Shown here in pieces: positions 40,291 through 50,637 of a stretch of DNA of 64,000 nt; the first letter of the stretch is position 1; every line of letters begins with the position of its first letter. Source of the DNA: Gemmatimonadota bacterium (GTDB taxonomy: Bacteria; Gemmatimonadota; Gemmatimonadetes; Palauibacterales; Palauibacteraceae). The translations under genes and the position numbers were made by a program. The stretch is taken from the NCBI GenBank assembly GCA_965116475.1, contig OZ220691.1:1856001-1920000 (forward strand), given 5' to 3'. The notes under the pieces were generated by a model. It was not told the DNA's origin, did not search any database, and saw only the letters and a list, made by a program, of their open reading frames with translations.

Positions 40291-42219
40291 ATGGCTCGCG
40301 ACCCGCAGTTGACGGCGATCACCGGCATCCTCCTCGCTCTGAGCGCCGCTGCCGGCGGACGGGGCGAGCTTCACGCGCAGAACGGCGGCGGGGACGGCGC
40401 GCTCTCGATCGACCAACTCCTCTCCATCGAGTCCGTCGTCGGGGGCGCGCCCGCCTGGTCGCCGGACGGCTCGGCGATCCTGTTCGAGTCCGGGCTCACG
40501 GGCGGGCTCATGACCCTGCCCCCCGAGGGCGGGTTCCCCACGCGGGTGCCCGTGGACATGGGCGGCTCCGGCCACTTCCTCACCTCCCAGATGCCGGGCT
40601 GGTCGCCCGCGGGCACATGGATCTCGTATGTGTCGGACAAGAGCGGCGCGCCCGAGATCTGGCTGTGGTCGACGCGCGACGGCGCCGACGTGCAGCTCAC
40701 CGACCTCGGGGCGCGGATCAACTCGATGAGCTGGTCCCCGGACGAGCGCTCGATCGTCTTCGCCGGCGACCGCTACGGGAACTACGACATCTGGACGGTG
40801 GACGTCGCCACCCGGCGCGTGGACCGCATCAGCGAGGACAAGCGTTACGAGGTCTTCCCCACCTGGACGCCGGACTCGCGCCACATCCTCTACGTCCGCC
40901 TCGACGAGGCGTGGGAGGACCACGACGTGATCGAGGTGGACGCCATGGGCGGCAGCCCGCGCACGGTGATCGAGGACCGCGACTTCTTCGACTACGGAGC
41001 CGGGGCGACCTTCGGCTACCCGAGCGTGTCGCCCGGCGTGTCTCCCGATAGCGGCTCGATCCTCTTCCGCTCGCACCGGAGCGGCTGGATCAACTACTGG
41101 CTCGCGCCGCGGGATGGGGGAGACCCGCGTCCGGTGGCGCCCGCCGAGGCCGACCAGAGCGCCGCCGCGTGGTCCCCCGATGGACGCTGGATCGCCTACA
41201 CGGAGAACCACAACGGGCACCACGACCTGCGCGTCGTCTCGGCGGACGGCGGCGAGCCGCGGGTGCTCGTGTCGCCGAAGGGCGGCGTCGCGTCGAGTCC
41301 CTCATGGTCTCCGGACGGCCGGGCGATCGCGTATCTGCAGGAGGATCTCCTGAACCCGCGCGACCTCCATGTCGTCTCGCTCGAGGACGGGAGCAGCCGG
41401 CAGCTCACCTCCTCGATGCCCGCTGGCGACTACGGCGCCCGGCTCGTGGCGCCGGAGAAGATCCGCTACGAGAGCACGGACGGATACTCGATCCCGGCCT
41501 ATCTCTACCGGCCGCCGGGGGCCGCGGCCGGGGACGGTCTCCCCGGCGTGATGTGGATCCACGGGGGTCCCACGTCGCAGTTCCACGACACCTTCCAGCA
41601 GCACGTGCAGTTCTTCGTCCAGCGCGGGTACGTCGTGCTCCTGCCCAACATCCGCGGGAGTTCGGGCTACGGGAAGGACTTCGCCGACGCGAACAACGGC
41701 TGCTGGGGGCACTGCGACCTGGAGGATGTCGTCGCGGGCGCGGACTACCTGCGGGCGCTCCCGGAGGTCGACCCGGAACGGATCGGGATCACGGGGACGA
41801 GCTACGGCGGCGTGATGAGCATGTACGCCGTGGCCTTCGCCCCCGACGCCTTCCGCGCGGCGATCCCCGGGTCGGGCTACACGGACTGGGTCCACTTCTA
41901 CCACGGCGAGAACGAACTGCGGCACATCAAGCTGCTCGACCACGAACTCGGCCCCTTCGAGACCAGCGAGGACGTGTGGAGCCACAGTTCGTCGATCTCG
42001 CACGTCGCCGACGTCTCGACGCCGATCCTCCTCGTCCACGGCGTCGGGCGCTATCCGGGCTCCGACCAGTCCGAGATCTTCGCGCGGGCGCTGGAGAACT
42101 ACTACAAGCCGTTCCAGTACAAGACGTACCCGAACGAGAACTACTACGTGTACGGGAAGGCGAACCGCCGCCAGATGCTCCTCGACATGCTCGACTTCTT
42201 CGAACAGTTCCTGAAGTGA
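40291..42219 (+). CDS. S9 family peptidase homolog with PD40/TolB-like propeller
   Basis: Signal peptide, WSPDG repeats, IHGGP, N.RGSSGYG, GTSYGG nucleophile; canonical Asp and His not found. Confidence 0.85.
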   Translation: MARDPQLTAITGILLALSAAAGGRGELHAQNGGGDGALSIDQLLSIESVVGGAPAWSPDGSAILFESGLTGGLMTLPPEGGFPTRVPVDMGGSGHFLTSQMPGWSPAGTWISYVSDKSGAPEIWLWSTRDGADVQLTDLGARINSMSWSPDERSIVFAGDRYGNYDIWTVDVATRRVDRISEDKRYEVFPTWTPDSRHILYVRLDEAWEDHDVIEVDAMGGSPRTVIEDRDFFDYGAGATFGYPSVSPGVSPDSGSILFRSHRSGWINYWLAPRDGGDPRPVAPAEADQSAAAWSPDGRWIAYTENHNGHHDLRVVSADGGEPRVLVSPKGGVASSPSWSPDGRAIAYLQEDLLNPRDLHVVSLEDGSSRQLTSSMPAGDYGARLVAPEKIRYESTDGYSIPAYLYRPPGAAAGDGLPGVMWIHGGPTSQFHDTFQQHVQFFVQRGYVVLLPNIRGSSGYGKDFADANNGCWGHCDLEDVVAGADYLRALPEVDPERIGITGTSYGGVMSMYAVAFAPDAFRAAIPGSGYTDWVHFYHGENELRHIKLLDHELGPFETSEDVWSHSSSISHVADVSTPILLVHGVGRYPGSDQSEIFARALENYYKPFQYKTYPNENYYVYGKANRRQMLLDMLDFFEQFLK

Positions 42220-42875
42220 GGCCCCCCGCCCGCGCCGCGCAGCTCCTTGCCGCGACGATCCTCGTCCCGGGCTGCGAGCGCGTCGAACCCGTGCCGTCCT
42301 CCGAGGTCGGGGCAGAGGCCATCGCTGCCCGAGCCGCGACCGAGGCCGGCCCGGTCGACGTGGTGGTCGAGACGAGCCAGGGGGAGTTCGTCATCGCCGT
42401 GCACCGCGAGTGGGCGCCGCTGGGAGCCGAGCGGTTCCTGACCCTCGTCGAATCCGGCTACTACGACGACGCCCGCTTCCACCGCGTCGTCCCCGACTTC
42501 ATCGTCCAGTGGGGGCTGGCCGGCGACCCCGCCTTCACCGCCGAGTGGATGAACGCCTACATCCCCGACGATCCCGTCGTCGCCTCCAACACCCGCGGCC
42601 GCATCGCCTTCGCCTTCACCGACCCCGGCACCCGCGCCACCCAGGTGTATATCAACCTTGTGGACAACGTGCGCCTCGATTCGACGGGATTTGCCCCGTT
42701 CGGCGAGGTAGTGAGCGGGATGGAGGTCGTGGATGCGCTCTACTCCGGCTACGGAGAGAACTCCGGCGGCGGCCTGCGGCGGGGCGACCAGACCCGGATC
42801 GTCGCGGAGGGCAATACCTACCTCGACCGCGAATATCCCCTCCTCGACCGCCTCATCCGAGCTGTCCGCCGCTGA
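42216..42875 (+). CDS. Cyclophilin-type peptidyl-prolyl isomerase
   Basis: FHRVVPDFIVQWG, SNTRG, TQVYINL.DN..LD..GFAPFGEV; GTG overlaps the upstream stop. Confidence 0.88.
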   Translation: MRPPARAAQLLAATILVPGCERVEPVPSSEVGAEAIAARAATEAGPVDVVVETSQGEFVIAVHREWAPLGAERFLTLVESGYYDDARFHRVVPDFIVQWGLAGDPAFTAEWMNAYIPDDPVVASNTRGRIAFAFTDPGTRATQVYINLVDNVRLDSTGFAPFGEVVSGMEVVDALYSGYGENSGGGLRRGDQTRIVAEGNTYLDREYPLLDRLIRAVRR

Positions 42876-42914
42876 CCCTGCCCCTCCGGCAGCAGGTGGA
42901 GCCGCTCCGAAGCG

Positions 42915-43622
42915 CTAAGAGGTTGCCTTCTGTAGTGCGAACAGTTCGCCAGCGCCGGCGGCGGCGAGTGACAGGAGGTCGTCGAGTTCGGCGCGGGTGA
43001 AGGGGGCTCCTTCGGCTGTTCCCTGGACCTCGACGAGGCGGCCGTCTTCGAGGTGGACGAAGTTGAAGTCGACGTCGGCGGCGGCGTCCTCCACGTACTC
43101 CAGGTCGAGCCTCGCCTCGCCGTCCACCATGCCGGCGCTGATCGCGGCGACCCACTGGCGGAGCGGGCTCGCTTCGAGCGCGCCGTCGGAGACGAGCCGC
43201 TGGAACGCCATCTCGAGCGCCACGCAGGCGCCCGTGATCGAGGCGGTGCGGGTGCCGCCGTCGGCGACGAGGACGTCGCAGTCCACGGTCACGGTCCGCT
43301 CGCCGAGCGCCTTGAGGTCGACGGCCGCCCGCAGCGAGCGGCCGATGAGGCGCTGGATCTCCTGGGTGCGCCCTCGGGCTCCGCGACGCTCGCGACGCGT
43401 GCGCTCGGCCGTGGCCCGGGGCAGCATGGCGTACTCGCCCGTGACCCAGCCGCCGCGGCCCTCCCGCCACGGCGGCACCTTCTCCTCGACCGAGGCCGTG
43501 CAAAGCACGCGCGTCATCCCCATCGTGATCGTGCACGATCCCTCGGCGAAGGGGGCCGTTCCCGTCTCCAGGGTCGTGGGGCGCAGGGCGTCCAGCGCCC
43601 GCCCGTGTGGACGTGCCGGCAT
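42915..43622 (-). CDS. rph: Ribonuclease PH
   Basis: [51 protein letters not shown]. Confidence 0.96.
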   Translation of the reverse strand: MPARPHGRALDALRPTTLETGTAPFAEGSCTITMGMTRVLCTASVEEKVPPWREGRGGWVTGEYAMLPRATAERTRRERRGARGRTQEIQRLIGRSLRAAVDLKALGERTVTVDCDVLVADGGTRTASITGACVALEMAFQRLVSDGALEASPLRQWVAAISAGMVDGEARLDLEYVEDAAADVDFNFVHLEDGRLVEVQGTAEGAPFTRAELDDLLSLAAAGAGELFALQKATS

Positions 43623-43660
43623 GGGGCAGCCTCGGTCGAAAGGTCGAAAAGGGAGAACCG

Positions 43661-45376
43661 ATGAACGTCGAACGCGTTGAGAGTATGCCGGCCGCGACCC
43701 CGCTGCGATGGCGGATCCCGGCGCTCCGTTCCCCGGCGCGTCGCCGAGCACCCGCGCGCGCGGTAGTCGCGTGCCTGACGCTGGTGGGCACGACCCTGGC
43801 CTGCGCGCCGGGCGACGCTCCCGTGGCGGAGGGGGAGATCGTCCCGACGAGCGTGCTGCTCACGGGCGCGACGGTGCTTGACGGATCCGGCGGACCGTCG
43901 TTCGTGGCCGATGTGGCGGTGGAGGGCGACCGGATCGCCTTCGTCGGCGATGCCTCGGCGGCGAACCTCGCCCTGCGCGACACCATCGCGCTCGACGGCC
44001 TGCTGCTCACGCCCGGCTTCATCGACATGCACAGCCACATCACCGTCGCCAGCCTCGGCGAGGCCTACGGGCTCACGGCGGTCGAATTCCTCACCCAGGG
44101 GATCACGACCGGCGTCATCGGGGTCGACGGCTCGAGCAGCACGGACCTCGCCTCGCTCTACGCGGACCTCGAAGAATCCGGCGTCGGAAAGAACATCATC
44201 TCCTACATCGGACACGGTTCCGTGCGCGGGGCCGTCATCGGCATGGACGACCGCGATCCCACCGCGGGAGAACTCGACGAGATGAAGGCGCTTGTCCGAC
44301 AGGGAATGGAGGACGGCGCCTTCGGGCTCTCCACGGGTCTCTTCTACACGCCCGGCTACTACGCGGAAGCCGACGAAGTGATCGAACTCGGCCGGGTGGC
44401 GGCGGAGTACCCGATCGGCGGCGAGCACGCCCCCATCTACGACACGCACGACCGGGATCTCGGCGCGGCCTACCAGGGGATCGGCTACCACGATTCGATC
44501 CGCGAGGCGATCCACATCGGGGCGGAGTCGGGCCTCCGCACCATCTTCAGCCACTTCAACGCGCAGGGGGCGGCGCTGTACGGACGTGCCTCGGAAGGCG
44601 CCGCGATCATCGATTCGGCGCGCGCGGAGGGACTCGAGGTGGCGGGCGCGCAGCACGTCTACACGTCCACGATGTCGAGCCTGCGTGCCTACACGATCCC
44701 GCGCTGGGCGCAGGCGGGCGGCCCGGAGCAGATGGTGCGCCGCTTCCAGCACCCCGACACCGCGCGGGTCCTCGACGTGCAGACGATGGAGATGCTGGAG
44801 ATCCGCGGCGGGCCGGAGAGGATCGTGTTCGCCGACGCGAGACCCGAGTTCAACGGCAAGACGCTGGCGGATGTGGCGGCCGAGCGGGGGCTGCCCGTGC
44901 CCGAGGCCGTGCGCGAGATCATGTCCGAGTCGAACCCGTGGGTGATGAACCGCGATCTCTACGACGTCGAGAACACGCGCTATCTCGCGACGATGCCGTG
45001 GATGATGACGTGCACGGACGGCGCCACGCCCGCGCCCGGGGCCGAGATCGTGCATCCGCGCGTGTACGGCACCTTCCCGAAGAAGATCAAGGACTTCGTG
45101 GACCGGGACGGCGCGATCGGACTCCCGTTCGCGATCCGGAGCATGTCGGGCCTCGCCGCGGACTTCCTGCGGCTGGACGATCGCGGCTACATCCGCGAAG
45201 GTCTGGTCGCGGACATCGCGGTCATCGACCTCGACCGGTTCACGGACCGGGCGACGTACGACGACCCGCACCAGTTGTCCGAGGGCGTCGTGCACGTACT
45301 CGTGAACGGTCGCTTCGCGATCCGCGACGACGAGGTGACCAGCGAACTCGCCGGCCGCCCCCTGCGCCGCCCCTAA
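43661..45376 (+). CDS. N-acyl-D-amino-acid deacylase-like amidohydrolase, probable lipoprotein
   Basis: [41 protein letters not shown]. Confidence 0.87.
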   Translation: MNVERVESMPAATPLRWRIPALRSPARRRAPARAVVACLTLVGTTLACAPGDAPVAEGEIVPTSVLLTGATVLDGSGGPSFVADVAVEGDRIAFVGDASAANLALRDTIALDGLLLTPGFIDMHSHITVASLGEAYGLTAVEFLTQGITTGVIGVDGSSSTDLASLYADLEESGVGKNIISYIGHGSVRGAVIGMDDRDPTAGELDEMKALVRQGMEDGAFGLSTGLFYTPGYYAEADEVIELGRVAAEYPIGGEHAPIYDTHDRDLGAAYQGIGYHDSIREAIHIGAESGLRTIFSHFNAQGAALYGRASEGAAIIDSARAEGLEVAGAQHVYTSTMSSLRAYTIPRWAQAGGPEQMVRRFQHPDTARVLDVQTMEMLEIRGGPERIVFADARPEFNGKTLADVAAERGLPVPEAVREIMSESNPWVMNRDLYDVENTRYLATMPWMMTCTDGATPAPGAEIVHPRVYGTFPKKIKDFVDRDGAIGLPFAIRSMSGLAADFLRLDDRGYIREGLVADIAVIDLDRFTDRATYDDPHQLSEGVVHVLVNGRFAIRDDEVTSELAGRPLRRP

Positions 45377-45387
45377 ATGGCTGAAGG

Positions 45388-45702
45388 GTGAGTGAGGTGA
45401 GCGCGAAGAACCGCATGAGGCCGGTGCATCCCGGCGAAATCCTGCGTCAGGAACTCGACGAGCTCGGGCTATCGGCCAACGCGCTCTCGAAAGCGCTTGG
45501 CGTGCCCGTCAATCGGGTGACCATGATTCTGAACGGCCAGCGGGGCGTTAGCGCGGACACGGCCCTCCGGCTGGCCCGGTACTTCGGGACGACGGCGCAG
45601 TTCTGGTTGAACCTGCAGAAGACATGGGAGCTTCGCCGAGCCGAGATCGAGGCAGGCCGTGAGATCGCCAGGCAGGTGACGCCCCGGCATGCGGTTGTAT
45701 AA
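45388..45702 (+). CDS. higA: HigA family antitoxin / HTH regulator (no toxin adjacent)
   Basis: HPGEIL, SADTALRLARYFGTT.QFWLNLQ. Confidence 0.9.
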   Translation: MSEVSAKNRMRPVHPGEILRQELDELGLSANALSKALGVPVNRVTMILNGQRGVSADTALRLARYFGTTAQFWLNLQKTWELRRAEIEAGREIARQVTPRHAVV

Positions 45703-47587
45703 CGGCGGCGTGGACGAAAGAGGCTTCCCAGCGACCGTCGCGGCCCTGCTCGCGTGCACCGTCCTTCCGGCGGCGGGCGCTGCGCAGACGGGGCTTGTGA
45801 TCGAGGACGGGCAGGCGCGGATCGTGCCCGCCTTCGCGGATTCGTCCGCCTGGATCCGCCATGAACTCTGGGTCGAGACCGAGTTCGACTCCGACGGCGA
45901 TGGTCGGCCAGACCGGGTGCACCTGGATGTGACGCGTCCGGGTCAGACCGACGGCGAGGGGCTCAGGGTGCCGGTCATCTACGAGACGAGCCCCTACTAC
46001 TCGGGCGTCGCCGGCATCGATTTCGCGCACTTCTGGGACCTGCGCCAGGAGGTGGGCGGCGAAGCCCCGCCGCGCGATCCGTTCCCGGCCACGATCCAGC
46101 ACATCGAGCGCCAGCCGCGGATCTCGAACTCGCACGTCGCGACCTGGGTGCCGCGGGGGTTCGCGGTGGTCCACTCGCAGTCGCCGGGGACGGGCCAGTC
46201 CCAGGGATGCCCGACCGTGGGCGGCGCGAACGAATCGCTGGCGCCCAAGGCCGTGATCGACTGGCTCAACGGCCGGGCGCGGGGCTTCACGAGCGTGGAC
46301 GGAGACGAGCTGGTCGAGGCCCACTGGGCGACGGGCCGCGTGGGGATGACGGGCACCTCCTACAACGGCACGCTCCCCCTGGCCGCCGCGACCACCGGCG
46401 TAGAAGGGCTGGAGGCGATCATCCCCATCGCGCCGAACACGTCCTACTACCACTACTACCGCTCCAACGGGCTCGTGCGGTCGCCGGGCGGCTATCCCGG
46501 CGAGGACATCGACGTCCTGTTCGACTTCATCTTCAGCGGCTTCCCCGAAGTCCGCGACTACTGCCTCGCCAACGTGCGCGACGAGATGACGGCGCAACTG
46601 GACCGGACGACGGGCGACTACAACGACTTCTGGGCGGGCCGCGACTACCTGAACCACGTCGACGGCGTGCGCGCGGCCACGCTCATGAGCCACGCCTTCA
46701 ACGACTGGAACGTTATGCCCGAGCACAGCCACCGCATCTCGGCGGCGCTGCGGGACCGGGGCGTGCCGTTGCAGATCTACTACCACCAGGGCGGGCACGG
46801 CGGGGCGCCCCCGCTCGAACTCATGAACCGGTGGTTCACCCGCTACGTGGTCGGCGTCGAGAACGGCGTGGAGGAAGACGCGGCGGCGTGGATCGTGCGG
46901 GAGGGAGACGACCGGCGGGAGCCCACGCCCTACCCGGACTATCCCCACCCGGAGGCCGACGCCGTGACGCTCCGGCCGGATGGCGACGGACACTGGACGG
47001 GGACCCTCTCCCTCGATGAGTCGGAGGCGGGCTCCGGGGGCGCGGACGCCGGGACCGGTGCGATCGTCGACAACTTCGCGTTCACCGGGAATCAGTTGGC
47101 CGCGGCCGAGTGGTCGAACCACCGGCTGCTGTACGCGACGCCGGAACTGCGCGAGGATGTCCACCTGTCGGGCGTGGCCACCGTCCGCGTGCGGATGTCG
47201 GCCGACGCCCCCGCGGCCAACCTGTCGGTGTGGCTGGTGTCGCTGCCGTGGACCGGGGACGGGGAGATCAACGACAACCTCATCACCAGGGGTTGGGCCG
47301 ATCCGGCCAACGCGGGCGCCGAGGACATCGCCTCGCCGCGCACCGGCACACGGCTCACGCCGGGAGCGTTCGTCGACCTGGAGTTTGCGCTTCAGCCCGA
47401 CGACCAGATCATCCCGGCCGGAGCCCGCATCGGATTGATGATCTTCTCCAGCGACAAGTTTTTCACGCTGCACCCGGAACCCGGCACGACCCTGACCGTC
47501 GACCTGGGAGAAACTCGCCTCGCGCTGCCAGTCGTGGGCGGGAACGCGGCGCTGCGGCGCGCCCTGGGCGTCCCCGCCTCGCAGTAG
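45689..47587 (+). CDS. Xaa-Pro dipeptidyl-peptidase (S15, PepX/CocE-like)
   Basis: DSDGDG, SPYY, GTSYNG nucleophile, PepX_C-like C-terminus; the start may be GTG 45710. Confidence 0.87.
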   Translation: MRLYNGGVDERGFPATVAALLACTVLPAAGAAQTGLVIEDGQARIVPAFADSSAWIRHELWVETEFDSDGDGRPDRVHLDVTRPGQTDGEGLRVPVIYETSPYYSGVAGIDFAHFWDLRQEVGGEAPPRDPFPATIQHIERQPRISNSHVATWVPRGFAVVHSQSPGTGQSQGCPTVGGANESLAPKAVIDWLNGRARGFTSVDGDELVEAHWATGRVGMTGTSYNGTLPLAAATTGVEGLEAIIPIAPNTSYYHYYRSNGLVRSPGGYPGEDIDVLFDFIFSGFPEVRDYCLANVRDEMTAQLDRTTGDYNDFWAGRDYLNHVDGVRAATLMSHAFNDWNVMPEHSHRISAALRDRGVPLQIYYHQGGHGGAPPLELMNRWFTRYVVGVENGVEEDAAAWIVREGDDRREPTPYPDYPHPEADAVTLRPDGDGHWTGTLSLDESEAGSGGADAGTGAIVDNFAFTGNQLAAAEWSNHRLLYATPELREDVHLSGVATVRVRMSADAPAANLSVWLVSLPWTGDGEINDNLITRGWADPANAGAEDIASPRTGTRLTPGAFVDLEFALQPDDQIIPAGARIGLMIFSSDKFFTLHPEPGTTLTVDLGETRLALPVVGGNAALRRALGVPASQ

Positions 47588-47697
47588 CGGCTCGTAGAGA
47601 CAACTCCCGGCGCATTCGTCGCATCCTACCAGGTGTGGTGCCCGCGTACGCGGACACCCGTGGTGACCGGGGAAGACTTCAGCCGGGAACGGAATCC

Positions 47698-48894
47698 ATG
47701 GGCAGACTCTTCTTCGCAGGAGTCCTCAGTTGCGCGGCCATCGCCTGCGGCGGCGCTCACCCCGAGCTCGAAGATCAACCCCCGAACGCGGTTCTGGTCT
47801 CCGATTCGGCGGGCGTCACGAACATCGCCCTGGGCCGGGTAGAGGAGCTGTCGGTACCCCTCGTGGAGGCGAACCTCGTCTTCTCCACCCGCGATCTCGG
47901 GATCGAACTGTTCTGGGTCGGCGATGCCCTCCTCCTCGAAAACGGTGGCCTCGCCGTGGCGAACACCGGTTCGAGCGAGGTGCTGCTCTTCTCCGCCGAC
48001 GGTTCGCTCACAGCCCGGCTCGGAGGACAGGGCGAGGGACCCGGCGAGTTCAGCGAGGTCACGACGCTCCTCGCCACGGATTCCGGGTTCCTGGCCTACG
48101 ACGCGCGCCTGGCCCGCCTCAACGAGTTTGCCGAGAGCGGCGAGTTCCTTACATCGTCACCCCTCTCCGCCCAGAGCGCCATCGTGAGCCTGAAGCCGCT
48201 CGCGAGAGACGCCGCGGGACACATGCTCGCGATCCTGGGAGAACAGCGGTACTTCCTGCCGGAGGGGATGAAGAGGGACACGACCCCTCTTCTCCGGTTC
48301 GCCGATATCGCGGCCGAGCCGGACACGCTGGGCGTGCTGCCCGCCACGGAATGGAGCTACGGCGGCATCCCCGGCGGCGGGTCCACCCGCACCGAACCCG
48401 CTTTCGGGCGGGACATCGTCGCCCGCGGATTCCGGGACCGGGCCCTGATCGGCGACACCGACGCGCTGAGCCTCTCCGTCTACGCGGCCGACGGGAGTCT
48501 GACGCGTCGGATCCGTGGCTCGGCTGGCGGGGGGATGGTCACGCCCGAAGAAATCGGGACATGGAGAGCGGAGCGGCTCGCACGCAGGGGTCCGGACGCC
48601 CCCGACTGGTACATGGAGTTCGTCGAGAACGCGCCCTACAGGGAGACGCACCCCGCCTTCCACGCCGCAGTCCCGGGTCCCGATGAAATGGTCTGGATCG
48701 GACTCGCGACCCGCCCCGGCGAGGCGACCCGACGCTGGCTCGTCCTCGGCCCCGATGGACAACCGAGGGGGTGGCTGGATCTTCCCGCGGAGGCGAGCGT
48801 GCTGGCCATCGATGCCGACCGCTTCCTGCTCCTGCAGCGCACCGCGCTCGACGAAGAGGACGTGAGGCTCTACCGCTACGACCGGGGCCCGTAA
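47698..48894 (+). CDS. Lipoprotein, probable 6-bladed beta-propeller
   Basis: AIAC lipobox, DSAGV, GQGEGPGEF motif. Confidence 0.7.
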   Translation: MGRLFFAGVLSCAAIACGGAHPELEDQPPNAVLVSDSAGVTNIALGRVEELSVPLVEANLVFSTRDLGIELFWVGDALLLENGGLAVANTGSSEVLLFSADGSLTARLGGQGEGPGEFSEVTTLLATDSGFLAYDARLARLNEFAESGEFLTSSPLSAQSAIVSLKPLARDAAGHMLAILGEQRYFLPEGMKRDTTPLLRFADIAAEPDTLGVLPATEWSYGGIPGGGSTRTEPAFGRDIVARGFRDRALIGDTDALSLSVYAADGSLTRRIRGSAGGGMVTPEEIGTWRAERLARRGPDAPDWYMEFVENAPYRETHPAFHAAVPGPDEMVWIGLATRPGEATRRWLVLGPDGQPRGWLDLPAEASVLAIDADRFLLLQRTALDEEDVRLYRYDRGP

Positions 48895-48978
48895 CCGCCC
48901 GCGTGGCTCTTGAGGCCGACGGCACGGCACGGCTTGGGTCCGGCGCTCGTCGAGAAGGGACCGACCGGGAAACCTGCG

Positions 48979-49269
48979 TCAGCGGCCCGCATCCTTCCCG
49001 GTGTCGGCGGATTCCCCCGTCCGGTGCCGCACGTAGCTCTCCAATACGCGGTTCATCCGCGTCTGGTAGCCCTTACCTGGTGCCTTGAAGTACGCCAGCA
49101 CGGAGCGCTTCACGCGCATGGTGATCTGGTCGGTCAGATCCGGTTCGACGAGTTCCGCCCGCTCCCAGAACCCCTCGTCCAGTTCTGCGATGTCGCTGAA
49201 GTCGATGCTCTCGTCCTTCACCGCCGCGATCTGCTCGGGCGTGAGGGGCCTATCGTAGCGTCCGCTCAT
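48979..49269 (-). CDS. brnA: BrnA antitoxin
   Basis: IDFSDI.EL...FW, ITMR....VL.YFK..GKGYQTRMN.VL. Confidence 0.88.
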   Translation of the reverse strand: MSGRYDRPLTPEQIAAVKDESIDFSDIAELDEGFWERAELVEPDLTDQITMRVKRSVLAYFKAPGKGYQTRMNRVLESYVRHRTGESADTGKDAGR

Positions 49270-49528
49270 TGTAGACTCTCCTTTCCTTCCGCGACGCCGG
49301 GCGGGCGGAGATCAGACGGATACGCCCGCGGCGCTCGGTGTGGGTCACCACGATCAGCGCTCCGGGCTCGACCCGGCCTATGCTGATGCGCCGGTCCTCG
49401 CCGTAGTCCCGGCGACGGTCCGGTGAAGTTGCGACGGTCCCCTCGAAGATGAGCTTGGCGGTCTCGAACCCGATGCCGTGCTTGCGGATGTTCGTCCGGT
49501 TCTTGGCCTCGTCCCACTCGAATTCCAT
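49250..49528 (-). CDS. brnT: BrnT ribonuclease toxin
   Basis: MEFEWDEAKN..N.RKHGI.FE, YGEDR, RLISAR.A...ER..Y; overlaps brnA. Confidence 0.9.
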   Translation of the reverse strand: MEFEWDEAKNRTNIRKHGIGFETAKLIFEGTVATSPDRRRDYGEDRRISIGRVEPGALIVVTHTERRGRIRLISARPASRKERRVYNERTLR

Positions 49529-49549
49529 CGATCCATCATACATATGAAT

Positions 49550-49559
49550 TGTAGTTACA
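49550..49559. promoter_or_regulatory. TGTA-GT-TACA inverted repeat, candidate brnTA operator
   Basis: AT-rich patch about 20-30 bp upstream of the brnT ATG; autoregulation is inferred. Confidence 0.35.
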
Positions 49560-49568
49560 GCAACGCGT

Positions 49569-49760
49569 GCCGTCGCGGTCCCCGTCGGCTCCTCGATGAT
49601 CTTCGTCATGGGCGCGGGCTGGCTCTCGGTCGTCACCGATCTCGGCCCCGGCGACCTCTTCGCCGTCGGCGTGCAGCCGTTCCTGGTGGGCGCCGTCGTG
49701 AAGGCGGCCATCCGCTTCGCGGCGACGCGCCGGATCACGGCGAGGCGTCGGCGGCACTGA
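49569..49760 (+). pseudogene. bioY: C-terminal fragment of a BioY-like biotin transporter
   Basis: Manual translation AVAVPVGSSMIFVMGAGWLSVVTDLGPGDLFAVGVQPFLVGAVVKAAIRF... resembles the BioY C-terminus (G..WL...GV.PF..G...K); in-frame TGA at 49545 removes the N-terminal part. Confidence 0.65.
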
Positions 49761-49893
49761 TCCGCGTCTCGCCACCCCAGGATCGGTTGCGAAACCGTTC
49801 AGGATTGTATTCGTACGCCTGATTCGGTATGCCTGTTCGGCAGATTTGCGGCCGGACAGCCCCTCGGTAACGGACGTCACCACGCGGCGAAGC

Positions 49894-50604
49894 ATGAGGA
49901 CCCACCACACAGCGCACGTCACGCGCGCCATGCGCGTTGCACTCTTCGGCTTGCTCGCGGTCGTACAGGCGTGTGCCAGCGCGGGGTCCGGCGGCCGTCC
50001 AGCCGAGACGGCGGCTCGCCCCGACGCGGTCCGCCCGGATGCGGCGCGCGTGGCCGAACTCGAGGCGATCTACGAGGCGCGCGCGGCTGCCGCCCTCGAG
50101 GGCGCCCACGAGGCGGACATCCGCTTCATGACGCACATGATCCCGCATCACGCGCAGGCTCTGGTCATGGCGGGTTTCGCCCCGGCCGCGGGCGCGAGTC
50201 CCTCGATCCGGACGCTGTGCGCGAGGATCATCAACGCGCAGACCGATGAGATCGCCGTCATGAGCCGCTGGCTCTCGGAGCGCGGGCTGCCGGTGCCCGA
50301 TACCGGCGACATGCGCGGCCACGGGGAAGGGGCCATGCTCATGGCCGGGATGCTGACCCGCGAACAACTCGCGGCACTCGAAGCCGCGCGCGGTCCCGAC
50401 TTCGACCGCCTCTTCCTCCGGTACATGATCCAGCACCACCAGGGCGCCGTGACGATGGTTCGGGAGTTGTTCGCCACCGATGGCGCGGCGCAGGACGACT
50501 TCGTGTTCAAGCTGGCCTCCGACATCCACGTCGATCAGGCCACGGAAATCGCCCGCATGGAACTTATGCTCGAGGCGCTCGCCGCGCCGGAGCCGGGCGG
50601 CTGA
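49894..50604 (+). CDS. DUF305 (ferritin-like, CopM-related) lipoprotein
   Basis: QAC lipobox; MIPHHAQA and MIQHHQGA double-His motifs, Q..EI. Confidence 0.88.
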   Translation: MRTHHTAHVTRAMRVALFGLLAVVQACASAGSGGRPAETAARPDAVRPDAARVAELEAIYEARAAAALEGAHEADIRFMTHMIPHHAQALVMAGFAPAAGASPSIRTLCARIINAQTDEIAVMSRWLSERGLPVPDTGDMRGHGEGAMLMAGMLTREQLAALEAARGPDFDRLFLRYMIQHHQGAVTMVRELFATDGAAQDDFVFKLASDIHVDQATEIARMELMLEALAAPEPGG

Positions 50605-50637
50605 TTTGTGCAGTTCAACCCCATCGAAGGATCCGAC

